NCBI GenBank assembly: GCA_017505785.1 | Contig: JAFVOQ010000004.1 | Coordinates: 733 to 64,732 of the forward strand | Source of the DNA: Clostridia bacterium | GTDB taxonomy: Bacteria; Bacillota; Clostridia; Oscillospirales; CAG-272 | Length of the DNA stretch: 64,000 nt | Reading direction: 5' to 3' | Shown here: one piece after another, positions 56,824 to 64,000 of the stretch | Layout of the letters: each line of letters starts with the position of its first letter | How positions within the stretch are numbered: position 1 is the stretch's first letter | Notes under the pieces: generated by a model | The model's input: the letters and a program-made list of their open reading frames with translations, nothing else | What the model was told of the DNA's origin: nothing | The model's database searches: none | Position numbers and translations under genes: made by a program

Positions 56824-58827
56824 ATGGCTGCAAAAACTTCCGCAAAAAGCTACGGCAATGACAGTATCACCGCCTTAAAGGGTGCAGACCGTGTAAGAAA
56901 ACGCCCGGGCGTTATTTTCGGTTCTGACGGACTTGAGGGCTGTGAACATTCTTTTTTTGAAATTCTCTCAAACTCGGTTGACGAGGCGCGCGAGGGGCAC
57001 GGCAATATCATTACCGTAACCGCCTTTAACGATCATTCGATCGAGGTGGACGACCGCGGACGCGGCGTGCCACTCGGATACAACGAAAAAGAGGGGCGTT
57101 GGAACTGGGATCTTATTTACTGTGAGCTTTATGCGGGCGGCAAATACGAAAACAACAAGGGGGATGCGGCTTACGAGTATTCTCTTGGTCTCAACGGCCT
57201 TGGCGCGTGCGCCACACAGTATTCCTCTGAATATATGCAGGTAGAGTCCTTTGACGGCAACGAGGTGCATACCATTTCCTTTGAGAAGGGCGAGCCGAAA
57301 ACCGAGCTGCAAAGCCGCGCGCTTGAAAAGAAGGAGCGTCGCACGGGTACCGTGATCCGCTGGCGGCCCGATCTTGAGGTCTTTACCGATATTAAAATTC
57401 CGCACGCATTCTTTGTGGATACCATGCACCGCCAGGCGGTGGTCAACCCCGGTATCACCTTCAAGCTTCGCTTGCAGGAGCAAGACGGCAAATTTACCGA
57501 GCAAAGCTTTCTTTACAAAAACGGCATTTCCGATTATATCACCGAGCGCGTGGGTGACACCGCCAAAACCGAGCCCGTGCTGTGGCACCTTGAAACAAAG
57601 GGGCGCGACCGCGACGACAAGGCGGATTACAAGCTGAAGGCTGACATCTCCTTTTGCGTTTCCAACACGGTAACCGCGACCGAATACTACCACAACTCAA
57701 GCTTTCTTGAGCATGGCGGCTCACCCGACAAGGCAGTAAAGCTTGCCTTTGTTGCGGCAATGGATGCCTATCTCAAGGGCAACGGCAAATACAACAAGGG
57801 CGAGAAAAGCATCGCCTTTGAGGACGTGCGTGACTGCCTGTTCCTCGTAATCAACAGCTTCTCTACCCTCACCTCCTACGAAAACCAAACCAAAAAGTCG
57901 ATCACGAACTCCTTTATTTACGAGGCCTTGCGTGATTTCCTGCGCCAGCAGTTGAATTTTTATTTGGTGGAGCACCCCACCGAGGCAGAGATCTTTGCCA
58001 ATCAGGTGCTCATCAACAAGCGCAGCCGTGAAAATGCAGACAAGGCACGCATTGAGATCAAAAAGAAGCTGACGGGCACCATTGACATTGCCAACCGCGT
58101 AGAAAAATTTGTGGGGTGCCGTTCCAAGGACCCCGATGTGCGTGAGCTCTACATCGTGGAGGGTGATTCGGCGCTTACCTCCTGTAAGCTTGGGCGCTCC
58201 CCCGAATTTCAAGCTATTATTCCCGTGCGCGGAAAAACGCTCAACTGCGTGAAGGCAAGCTACGACCGCATTTTCAAGAACGACATCATCACAGACCTTT
58301 TGCGTGTGATCGGCTGCGGTGTGGAGATCGACGGCAAGATCAAGGGCGACCTCAATCGCTTTGATCTATCGCAGCTCCGCTGGTCAAAGATCATCATTTG
58401 TACCGATGCCGATGAGGACGGCTTCCAGATCCGCACGCTGCTCCTCACCTTGTTCTATCGCTTGCTCCCTACCCTGTTGCAGGAGAAAAAGGTCTTTATT
58501 GCAGAATCGCCCCTGTTTGAGATCACAACCAAGGATGAGATCCTGTTTGCCTACAACGAATTTGAAAAGGCAGACATTCTCAAAAGGCTGGAGGCCGAGG
58601 GTAAAAAATACACCCTGCAACGCTCCAAGGGTCTTGGTGAAAACGAGCCCGAAATGATGTGGCAGACCACTATGAACCCCGCAACAAGACGCCTGATCTC
58701 CGTAGAGCCCGCAGATGTGGCACGCACCGAATATATGTTTGACGTCCTTATGGGCGACAATCTTGCCGAGCGCAAGGTGTTTATTGCCGAGCACGGCAGT
58801 GAATATATCAAGGATGCCGACATCTAA
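56824..58827 (+). CDS. Type IIA DNA topoisomerase subunit B (GyrB/ParE family, divergent)
   Basis: 667 aa. It has a GHKL ATPase region (EILSNSVDEA, DDRGRGVP, LGLNGLG), a Toprim domain (ELYIVEGDSA, IIICTDADEDG) and the PVRGKTLN motif. No A subunit is adjacent. Confidence 0.85.
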   Translation: MAAKTSAKSYGNDSITALKGADRVRKRPGVIFGSDGLEGCEHSFFEILSNSVDEAREGHGNIITVTAFNDHSIEVDDRGRGVPLGYNEKEGRWNWDLIYCELYAGGKYENNKGDAAYEYSLGLNGLGACATQYSSEYMQVESFDGNEVHTISFEKGEPKTELQSRALEKKERRTGTVIRWRPDLEVFTDIKIPHAFFVDTMHRQAVVNPGITFKLRLQEQDGKFTEQSFLYKNGISDYITERVGDTAKTEPVLWHLETKGRDRDDKADYKLKADISFCVSNTVTATEYYHNSSFLEHGGSPDKAVKLAFVAAMDAYLKGNGKYNKGEKSIAFEDVRDCLFLVINSFSTLTSYENQTKKSITNSFIYEALRDFLRQQLNFYLVEHPTEAEIFANQVLINKRSRENADKARIEIKKKLTGTIDIANRVEKFVGCRSKDPDVRELYIVEGDSALTSCKLGRSPEFQAIIPVRGKTLNCVKASYDRIFKNDIITDLLRVIGCGVEIDGKIKGDLNRFDLSQLRWSKIIICTDADEDGFQIRTLLLTLFYRLLPTLLQEKKVFIAESPLFEITTKDEILFAYNEFEKADILKRLEAEGKKYTLQRSKGLGENEPEMMWQTTMNPATRRLISVEPADVARTEYMFDVLMGDNLAERKVFIAEHGSEYIKDADI

Positions 58828-58886
58828 AATATGAAAATGCCCCATTTTTCGCAAAAACCGAAGAAAAATGCATAAAAATGAACGAA

Positions 58887-58922
58887 AGAGTATGGTTTTA
58901 TAACAGCCATACTCTTTTTTGT
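58887..58922 (+). terminator. Rho-independent terminator
   Basis: AGAGTATGG ttttataacag CCATACTCT followed by TTTTTGT. Confidence 0.85.
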
Positions 58923-59067
58923 GCATAGATTGTATTAGATTGCCCCTCTTGTGTGTTGCATTATTTTCCAAATCGTGTTACAATTAAATCACGATAAGGG
59001 ATGTGCTGCCGGTAAGGGCCCCTGCATATTGCTTTATCGATACTTTAACCCTTAGGAGGATACAATT

Positions 59068-60510
59068 ATGCCATTTGTATTTATCGGAATTGCAGTAGGC
59101 GTACTACTTCTGCTCTTCGTCATTTTCGGCTATCTCAAAGCCCCGCCCGATACCGCTTACATCATTTCGGGTCTTGGAAAAAAACGCATTTTGATCGGTA
59201 AAGCCGGTTGGCGCGTTCCCTTTTTCGAGCGTGTAGATAAGCTCTCCTTGAGTGTTATGCAGGTAGACGTAAAAACATCTGAAGCAGTGCCCACCAACGA
59301 ATTTATCAACGTTTCGGTTGACGGTGTTGCCAACATCAAAATTTCTTCTGATCCCGAGCTTTTAAAGCGCGCAGCGGAATCCCTGCTTGGCAAAAACAGA
59401 CAGGAGCTGATCACACTTGTCACCCAGGTGCTTGAGGGTAACATGCGTGAGATCGTGGGCTCGGTAGGCCTGAAAGAAATGGTTCAAGACCGCCAGGGCG
59501 TTGCCAAAAAGATCACCGAAAACGTGGTTCCCGATATGGAAAAGCTGGGTATTGAGGTCGTAAACTTCAATATTCAAAACTTTAAGGACGGTGCCGGCAC
59601 GATCGAAAATATGGGTATCGACAACGTGGAGCAGATCCGCAAGAACGCCCAGATCGCGAAGGCAAACGCCCAAAGAGATATTGCTATCGCCACCTCCAAT
59701 GCACAGCAGGAGGCAAACGCCGTAAAGGTAGAGGCAGAAAAGAAGATCGCCGAGCAGAATGCCGAGCTTGCTGTTCAGCAGGCAGACATGCAGGTGCGCG
59801 CCGACACAAAAAAGGCGGAAGCAGATGCCGCTTACTCCATTCAGCAGGAAAATCAGCGTAAGATCATTGAGATCGCTAAGACCAACGCAGATATCGCACG
59901 CCGTGAAAAGGAAGCCGAGCTTGCCGAAAAGGAGATCGCCATTCAGGAGCGTCGTCTGGATGCGGAGATCAAAAAGCAGGCTGACGCTATGAAGTATCAA
60001 TCCGAGAAAGAAGCCGAGGCTGAACTCATTAAGCGTCAAAGAGAAGCCGATGCGCGCCAGTACGAGGCTGTTAAGGCAGCCGAAGCAAAGCGTGCCGAGG
60101 CAGAAGCATTGCGCTTTGCCATGGAGCAAGAGGCAGAGGGTATCCGCGCCAAGGGTCTTGCTGAGGCTGAAGCTATCGAAAAGAAGGCCGAGGCACAGAA
60201 GAAAATGGGCGAAGCCTCCGTGCTTGAAATGTACCTCTGCGCTCTGCCCGAGGTCGTGAAAAACGCCGCTGCTCCCCTTGCTAAGACTGACAAGATCGTG
60301 ATGTACGGCGACGGCAATTCCACCAAGCTGGTGCGTGACGTTATGAACAGTGCCGATCAGATCATGGCAGGCGTAAAGGAATCTACCGGTATTGATATCG
60401 GTAGCCTGCTTGCAGGCTTTGTCGGCGGCAAGGCATCCGCTACAAAGGTTGAAGAAATCCCCGAAACAGTTGCAGTTGCCGAAGCTGACGCTGAGGCTGA
60501 CGCCGAGTAA
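59068..60510 (+). CDS. Flotillin-like SPFH/band 7 protein
   Basis: 480 aa. An N-terminal membrane hairpin is followed by an SPFH domain and a long A/E/K-rich coiled coil (flotillin repeats). Confidence 0.88.
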   Translation: MPFVFIGIAVGVLLLLFVIFGYLKAPPDTAYIISGLGKKRILIGKAGWRVPFFERVDKLSLSVMQVDVKTSEAVPTNEFINVSVDGVANIKISSDPELLKRAAESLLGKNRQELITLVTQVLEGNMREIVGSVGLKEMVQDRQGVAKKITENVVPDMEKLGIEVVNFNIQNFKDGAGTIENMGIDNVEQIRKNAQIAKANAQRDIAIATSNAQQEANAVKVEAEKKIAEQNAELAVQQADMQVRADTKKAEADAAYSIQQENQRKIIEIAKTNADIARREKEAELAEKEIAIQERRLDAEIKKQADAMKYQSEKEAEAELIKRQREADARQYEAVKAAEAKRAEAEALRFAMEQEAEGIRAKGLAEAEAIEKKAEAQKKMGEASVLEMYLCALPEVVKNAAAPLAKTDKIVMYGDGNSTKLVRDVMNSADQIMAGVKESTGIDIGSLLAGFVGGKASATKVEEIPETVAVAEADAEADAE

Positions 60511-60526
60511 TCATAAAAAAGGCAAG

Positions 60527-60559
60527 CCGCCCACCCTCACGGGTGGGCGGTGTTTATAT
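60527..60559 (+). terminator. Rho-independent terminator after the flotillin gene
   Basis: CCGCCCACCC tcac GGGTGGGCGG followed by TGTTTATAT. Confidence 0.8.
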
Positions 60560-60659
60560 AAAAGCACTGCTTTCTTTGCCTTTTCTTCCAAAACTGCATC
60601 AACTTTTTCAATCACCGCAAAAATTTACAAAACAAGTTTTGCATTTTTTAAAAAAGCTA

Positions 60660-60688
60660 TTGCTTTTTGCAATTTCATGTGCTATAAT
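60660..60688 (+). promoter_or_regulatory. Promoter upstream of the tRNA-Ser region (TTGCTT-17-TATAAT)
   Basis: TTGCTT at 60660-60665, a counted 17-nt spacer, and TATAAT at 60683-60688. Confidence 0.6.
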
Positions 60689-60731
60689 AACACATGTTTT
60701 GAGTCACAATGTAAGCAAAACATAATATTTT

Positions 60732-60960
60732 GGAGAAGTACTCAAGTGGGGACGTTTGCGAGCGCTGCCGGTGGCGGATGAAGGAAGGCGAACGAGTGTG
60801 CAGCCTGTCCTCGGCTATCGCCGAGCACTGCAAGTTTGCCTTTGGCAAACATTGCGCGTCAAAATTTGGCGAAGCGAACAGCGAGCAACAAATTTTGGGC
60901 ACCGCAACAGGGTCGAAGAGGCGACGCCGACTCCCGAACATTCCTGCAAGATGCTTTTCT
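60732..60960 (+). ncRNA. Structured, non-coding-looking segment carrying a split copy of the tRNA-Ser 5' half
   Basis: GGAGAAGTACTCAAGTGG (60732-60749) matches tRNA positions 1-18 at 17 of 18. GGTCGAAGAGGCG (60911-60923) matches the following 13 nt exactly. The 161 nt between them contain several clean hairpins. No T-arm or 3' acceptor strand is present. Confidence 0.45.
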
Positions 60961-60979
60961 GACAATTTAATATTTTTAT

Positions 60980-61070
60980 GGAGGAGTACTCAAGTGGTCG
61001 AAGAGGCGTGACTCGAAATCTCGTAGGCCGTTAACGCGGCGCGTGGGTTCAAATCCCACCTCCTCCGCCA
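60980..61070 (+). tRNA. tRNA-Ser (anticodon CGA), class II with long variable arm, CCA encoded
   Basis: Manual fold: acceptor GGAGGAG/CTCCTCC, D-arm CTC-AAGTGGTCGAA-GAG, anticodon loop CT-CGA-AA, long variable arm, T-arm GTGGG-TTCAAAT-CCCAC, discriminator G plus CCA. Confidence 0.9.
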
Positions 61071-61075
61071 AAAAA

Positions 61076-61107
61076 GGACTGCCCCCCCTCGTGGGCAGTC
61101 CTTTTTT
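61076..61107 (+). terminator. Rho-independent terminator after tRNA-Ser
   Basis: GGACTGCCC cccctcgt GGGCAGTCC followed by TTTTTT. Confidence 0.85.
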
Positions 61108-61287
61108 GGTATCACATTTCTTTTCACGACAACTGATTCTTTTCCGGTTCATTCTTCAATTATATATTCTTTTAATATTCTCATAATGAAATCCGCACTA
61201 GCAGGAGTATCTTCTTTTCAATTTTTCCAACTTAACATGGATGCAAAATTTAGTGATTAGAGACAACGTGTCTCGAGTCTTATTTAC

Positions 61288-61316
61288 TTGACAACAAATT
61301 GCCACTATGATATACT
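61288..61316 (+). promoter_or_regulatory. Promoter for the two-gene cassette (TTGACA-17-TATACT)
   Basis: TTGACA at 61288-61293, a counted 17-nt spacer, and TATACT at 61311-61316. Confidence 0.65.
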
Positions 61317-61352
61317 TGTATAAAGTTCTCAATGTTTTAAGAGGAGCCATTT

Positions 61353-61565
61353 ATGAGTGTTAACAACTTTATCATTAAAAACTGTGAGTTAATTTCTGAA
61401 GACACCTCGATTGCATTATCTGGCGGTACAATCTCGGAATTAATAGCAACTTTAATTTGCAAGCAAGCAGAAAATGCAGACGAATCCTACGACACCATTG
61501 ATCTTTACAAAAAAATTGAAAAACACATAAGTGAAGCAATTAGCCACTGCGAAACAATGTTTTAA
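61353..61565 (+). CDS. Small acidic hypothetical protein (70 aa)
   Basis: AGAGGAG RBS. The protein reads MSVNNFIIKNCELISEDTSIALSGGTISELIATLICKQAENADESYDTIDLYKKIEKHISEAISHCETMF. I recognise no family. Its stop is 32 nt before the next gene. Confidence 0.6.
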   Translation: MSVNNFIIKNCELISEDTSIALSGGTISELIATLICKQAENADESYDTIDLYKKIEKHISEAISHCETMF

Positions 61566-61597
61566 AAAGACACTCTCTAACTATTTTGGAGGAAAAC

Positions 61598-62680
61598 ATG
61601 TCATCAAAACCTAAGGTATTTGTTATAACTCCTTTTAATGAGGATTTGCTCGCACTATACGAAAAACTCAAACGCACATTTGCAGATGAGTATGATTTTA
61701 ACAACGCCGGTGATTTAGATAACCAGCAAAATATTTTACGAGATATTGTTGAAGGCATACATGCCGCGGATGTTATTATCGCTGATTTAACGGGATTAAA
61801 CGCAAATGTTTTCTACGAGTTAGGATTAGCTCATGCCATGAATAAAAAAGTCATTATTATTACTCAAGACTTGAGCGAACTTCCTTTCGATATTAAAAGT
61901 TATCGCGCGAATGAATACAGTTTATTATTCTATAAGTTGCCTAACCTAATCGACAAACTAAAAGAACTATTAGCAGGTGCTATTAATGGTTCTATTCAAT
62001 ATGGAAATCCCGTATCTGATTTTATTCCCCACCTTCCCATTGCTAAACCCGAAAGTTCACCGCAGATATTAGACAACCCGCCATGTGAAAACATAGGTGA
62101 ATCAAGCGAAGGAGAAAATGGCTTTTTAGATGATATAGCCGACATACAAGAAAATGCCGATAAATTGACAAATGAGTTAAACCACATGACCGATGAATTG
62201 CAAGATCTGAATACCGCTGTAGAAGCTGCAAATCAAGATATTAATCGTGTCAAAAGTAAAAGTGGCGTCACAGATATATCGTTTGTTAGAAGTATTTGCC
62301 GCAAATTAGCCATTCCCACCGACAAACTTGCTAACCAAATCAAGATGCACAACGCAGAAATTGCAAACTATTGGAAAATTATCGAAAATAGTTATTTGTC
62401 TTTATTAGACAATAAATATGCGAGAACGCCCGATAATCTTAAGGGCTTGAGAGATTCGGTTTCTCAATTGCGAAATATGCAGCTTAGCATCAAGGGTTCA
62501 AACGAAAAGATCGAGTCGTTCGTTGCTGTGTTAAAAACAACTATGGGGATAGAACGCAAACTTAATCAAGCCGTCACAGCCCTGATAACAGAATTTGAAG
62601 CATATCTGCGCCAAACGGATACGATGCATTCCTCGATTGATAGAATTATCAGTAAAAGCAATTTAGTAACAGGTAATTAA
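61598..62680 (+). CDS. Nucleoside 2-deoxyribosyltransferase-like / TIR-like Rossmann domain fused to a ~200-aa coiled-coil region
   Basis: ATG 61598 has a GGAGG RBS at 61588-61592. The N-terminus reads KVFVITPF...DIVEGIHAADVIIADLTGLNANVFYELGLAHAMNKKVIIIT, the pattern I associate with NDT-like/TIR-like N-glycosidase folds (conserved Glu at 61817-61819). The C-terminal half is heptad-like and rich in E/K/N/L. Confidence 0.6.
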   Translation: MSSKPKVFVITPFNEDLLALYEKLKRTFADEYDFNNAGDLDNQQNILRDIVEGIHAADVIIADLTGLNANVFYELGLAHAMNKKVIIITQDLSELPFDIKSYRANEYSLLFYKLPNLIDKLKELLAGAINGSIQYGNPVSDFIPHLPIAKPESSPQILDNPPCENIGESSEGENGFLDDIADIQENADKLTNELNHMTDELQDLNTAVEAANQDINRVKSKSGVTDISFVRSICRKLAIPTDKLANQIKMHNAEIANYWKIIENSYLSLLDNKYARTPDNLKGLRDSVSQLRNMQLSIKGSNEKIESFVAVLKTTMGIERKLNQAVTALITEFEAYLRQTDTMHSSIDRIISKSNLVTGN

Positions 62681-62699
62681 CACCCTATCTTATTCAGTC

Positions 62700-62736
62700 C
62701 CGCACGCCCTTTTGGGCGTGCGGATTTTGTTTATTT
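62700..62736 (+). terminator. Rho-independent terminator after the cassette
   Basis: CCGCACGCCC tttt GGGCGTGCGG followed by ATTTTGTTTATTT. Confidence 0.85.
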
Positions 62737-63250
62737 CCCCTCCCCCAATGCTTCGTCAATGGTCATCGCGCACTCTGCGGTGCTGGCGGCGTCCACTGTG
62801 GCACACTTCGTATGATGTTCGCCGTTGTGGAGATGTTACTGTGACCCAGCCACTGCCCAATCAGCTTCATTTGCACGCCCTGCGCGACAAGGAGCGAAGC
62901 GCAGGAGTGGCGCAGGTCGTGGAAGCGAATGTGCTTGAGGTCGTTCTGCCGCAGGATCGTGGCAAAGCGGTTGCTCACGTAATCGGGCGTGACAGCTCGC
63001 CCAGCGCGTTCAGGCACACGTAGTCCGCATCCTTGCGACAATACGCGTTGCCAAGCACCTTGGCGCGCTCCTTTTGCTTTTCTCGCTCCTCCAGAAGCAG
63101 CGCCTTGATGGCGGGGCTTAAACCAAGCGCGCGGTGCGAGGACACGGTCTTCATCACGTCATAACCCACAGGTCCCTCGGGTGTGTGCCGCACGCTGCCG
63201 TAAGGCGCAACGTTGCCACGCTAAAGCTCCTCCAAGATGTTAGCCATTCC
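62731..63250 (-). pseudogene. Tyrosine recombinase/integrase remnant (catalytic domain only, with frameshifts and an in-frame stop)
   Basis: Two ORF fragments in different frames (62975..63193 and 62763..63041) together read KTVSSHRALGLSPAIKALL...HIRFHDLRHSCASLLVAQGVQMKLIGQWLGHSNISTTANI. A 1-nt shift occurs just before the expected catalytic Tyr (NI-YEV in the neighbouring frame). There is a stop after MANILEEL. The N-terminal SAM-like domain is absent. Confidence 0.75.
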
Positions 63251-63322
63251 CCTCACCTCCCGATGCAAAAACGGCGGCCGCGCTACCGAGATCACTCTCG
63301 GCAATGCAGTCGCCGTTTTGTT

Positions 63323-63484
63323 TCATTTTTCTGCTGCGATCAGCGTCTGACGGACGATTTCTAGCTCCAAGCGCGTTTGCTCGTCCACCGTTTTGTCTGG
63401 TACCAACAGCATCGCCTTGAACACTTCGCCCATCACGCCGTAGCGCTCCCCGTAGTATAGTTCTTTCACTGTGATTTTTGCCAT
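63323..63484 (-). CDS. Small ORF (53 aa) with a strong RBS, upstream of the integrase remnant
   Basis: Own translation gives MAKITVKELYYGERYGVMGEVFKAMLLVPDKTVDEQTRLELEIVRQTLIAAEK. AGGAGG lies 7 nt upstream. It falls below the ORF-track length cutoff and is followed by a hairpin. Confidence 0.4.
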   Translation of the reverse strand: MAKITVKELYYGERYGVMGEVFKAMLLVPDKTVDEQTRLELEIVRQTLIAAEK

Positions 63485-63594
63485 TTTTGCTACCTCCTAT
63501 GTTGGTAGCACACACTATACCACAAGTTTTCGGGAAAGTCCAGAAAAGAAAGTGTTAAATTTCAAAAGTGCAATATAAAAATGGAGTCTTATTC

Positions 63595-64000
63595 TCACTC
63601 ATTTTCCCACTCCATCTCCGCTTGTTTTAAAAAAGTTAAATTTTTATTTCTTCTTAAATCATCAAATCCCCGTTTTCCAAATATGCTCACAAGATTTTTT
63701 ATATATGTTTTCACTGCATTGGATGAGTGATAAAGAATAAAAATTCTATTTGACAGATCAAACAAATCGATAATAATATCTTGATCTGTTATATCAAGCG
63801 AATGCCCTATAACATATAAAGAATAGCCGTTATCATATTTACGGGTTTGATTCAATGCTTGAATTTTGTTCAAATACGAATCATCCGTCTTAAAAAACAC
63901 CCTTTGGAAATATTTTTTGAATTGAATGAAAGTAGTATCTAATTGCATTAACTCGTCTCGTTCATCTGGATTTATTCCAAGAACAATATCTTTGTCAACA
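63595..64000 (-). CDS. AbiH-like abortive infection protein, C-terminal part (gene runs off the right edge)
   Basis: YSLYVIGHSLDITDQDIIIDLF matches the AbiH-family GHSL..D motif region as I remember it. The reading frame stays open upstream of the listed Met to the window end (..DKDIVLGINPDERDELMQLD..). Very AT-rich. Confidence 0.6.
   Translation of the reverse strand, partial: VDKDIVLGINPDERDELMQLDTTFIQFKKYFQRVFFKTDDSYLNKIQALNQTRKYDNGYSLYVIGHSLDITDQDIIIDLFDLSNRIFILYHSSNAVKTYIKNLVSIFGKRGFDDLRRNKNLTFLKQAEMEWENE

Larger units (their letters stand above)
61108..64000. mobile_element. tRNA-Ser-associated genomic island (left part only), mosaic AT-rich/GC-rich
   Basis: It begins right after the tRNA terminator. 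Two AT-rich blocks (61.1-62.7 kb and 63.5-64.0 kb) flank a GC-rich block holding a decayed tyrosine integrase. The cargo is defence-like. Confidence 0.6.

Noticed and set aside
58980-59067. Possible riboswitch or leader upstream of the flotillin gene (GATAAGG...CTTTATC stem).
   Set aside because: It is a single weak stem with no recognisable riboswitch core motifs.
59650-60200. Apparent repetitiveness (GCAGA/GAAGC-rich) in the flotillin gene as a DNA tandem repeat.
   Set aside because: It reflects A/E/K-rich coiled-coil coding sequence. No exact nucleotide repeat unit could be traced.
60730-61011. 93-aa ORF overlapping the tRNA-Ser gene and the split tRNA-like segment.
   Set aside because: It runs into a bona fide tRNA and has no RBS. 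The sequence is better explained as structured RNA or a tRNA remnant.
1-64000. I looked for CRISPR arrays, rRNA genes, intact transposases and prophage structural genes.
   Set aside because: I saw no regularly spaced direct repeats, no rRNA-like sequence and no transposase or phage structural ORFs in any frame.

Overview
The window is GC-rich and gene-dense. Its gene content suggests a spore-forming Clostridia chromosome, possibly Oscillospiraceae/Ruminococcaceae-like, but that placement is a guess from gene content only. About 90% is core housekeeping.

Core genes, in order:
- rpsL (partial), rpoC and rpoB on the minus strand, with their own consensus promoter.
- rpsT and cysK.
- pgk-tpiA, followed directly by rbfA-nrnA.
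- mscL.
- A complete shikimate/aromatic amino acid cluster: aroG is divergent from tetR-tyrA-aroB-aroA-aroC-pheA-aroE/aroK-aroQ.
- The Bacillus-like sporulation/division block spoVB(yabM)-mazG(yabN)-hup-yabO-yabP-yabQ-divIC-like.
- hemZ-like, dtd, relA and recJ.
- cdaA, cdaR and a FAD protein.
- spoIVA, nifS, a ynbB-like gene, three tandem M42 peptidases and murD.
- A divergent type IIA topoisomerase B subunit, a flotillin, and tRNA-Ser(CGA).

Two AT-rich accessory insertions stand out:
1. A 1.5-kb cassette at 12.6-14.1 kb carries a nucleotidyltransferase and a DUF559 endonuclease. It is bounded by a perfect 17-nt inverted repeat and sits between convergent genes.
2. An island starts right after tRNA-Ser (61.1 kb to the window end). 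It contains a two-gene cassette, a decayed tyrosine integrase and an AbiH-like gene cut by the window edge. The cassette encodes a 70-aa acidic protein and a nucleoside-2-deoxyribosyltransferase/TIR-like domain fused to a long coiled coil. I consider this cassette the best candidate for an undescribed defence/abortive-infection system.

Other unexplained signals:
- A family of 38-nt repeats shaped like a tRNA acceptor/T-arm minihelix (three copies).
- A duplicated tRNA-Ser 5' half split by a ~160-nt structured insert.
- A beta-lactamase-fold protein that has lost its SxxK and YxN motifs.
- A perfect 9-1-9 palindrome between aroG and the tetR-led aro operon.

All calls come from reading the ORF translations and the sequence by eye. 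No database searches were run.
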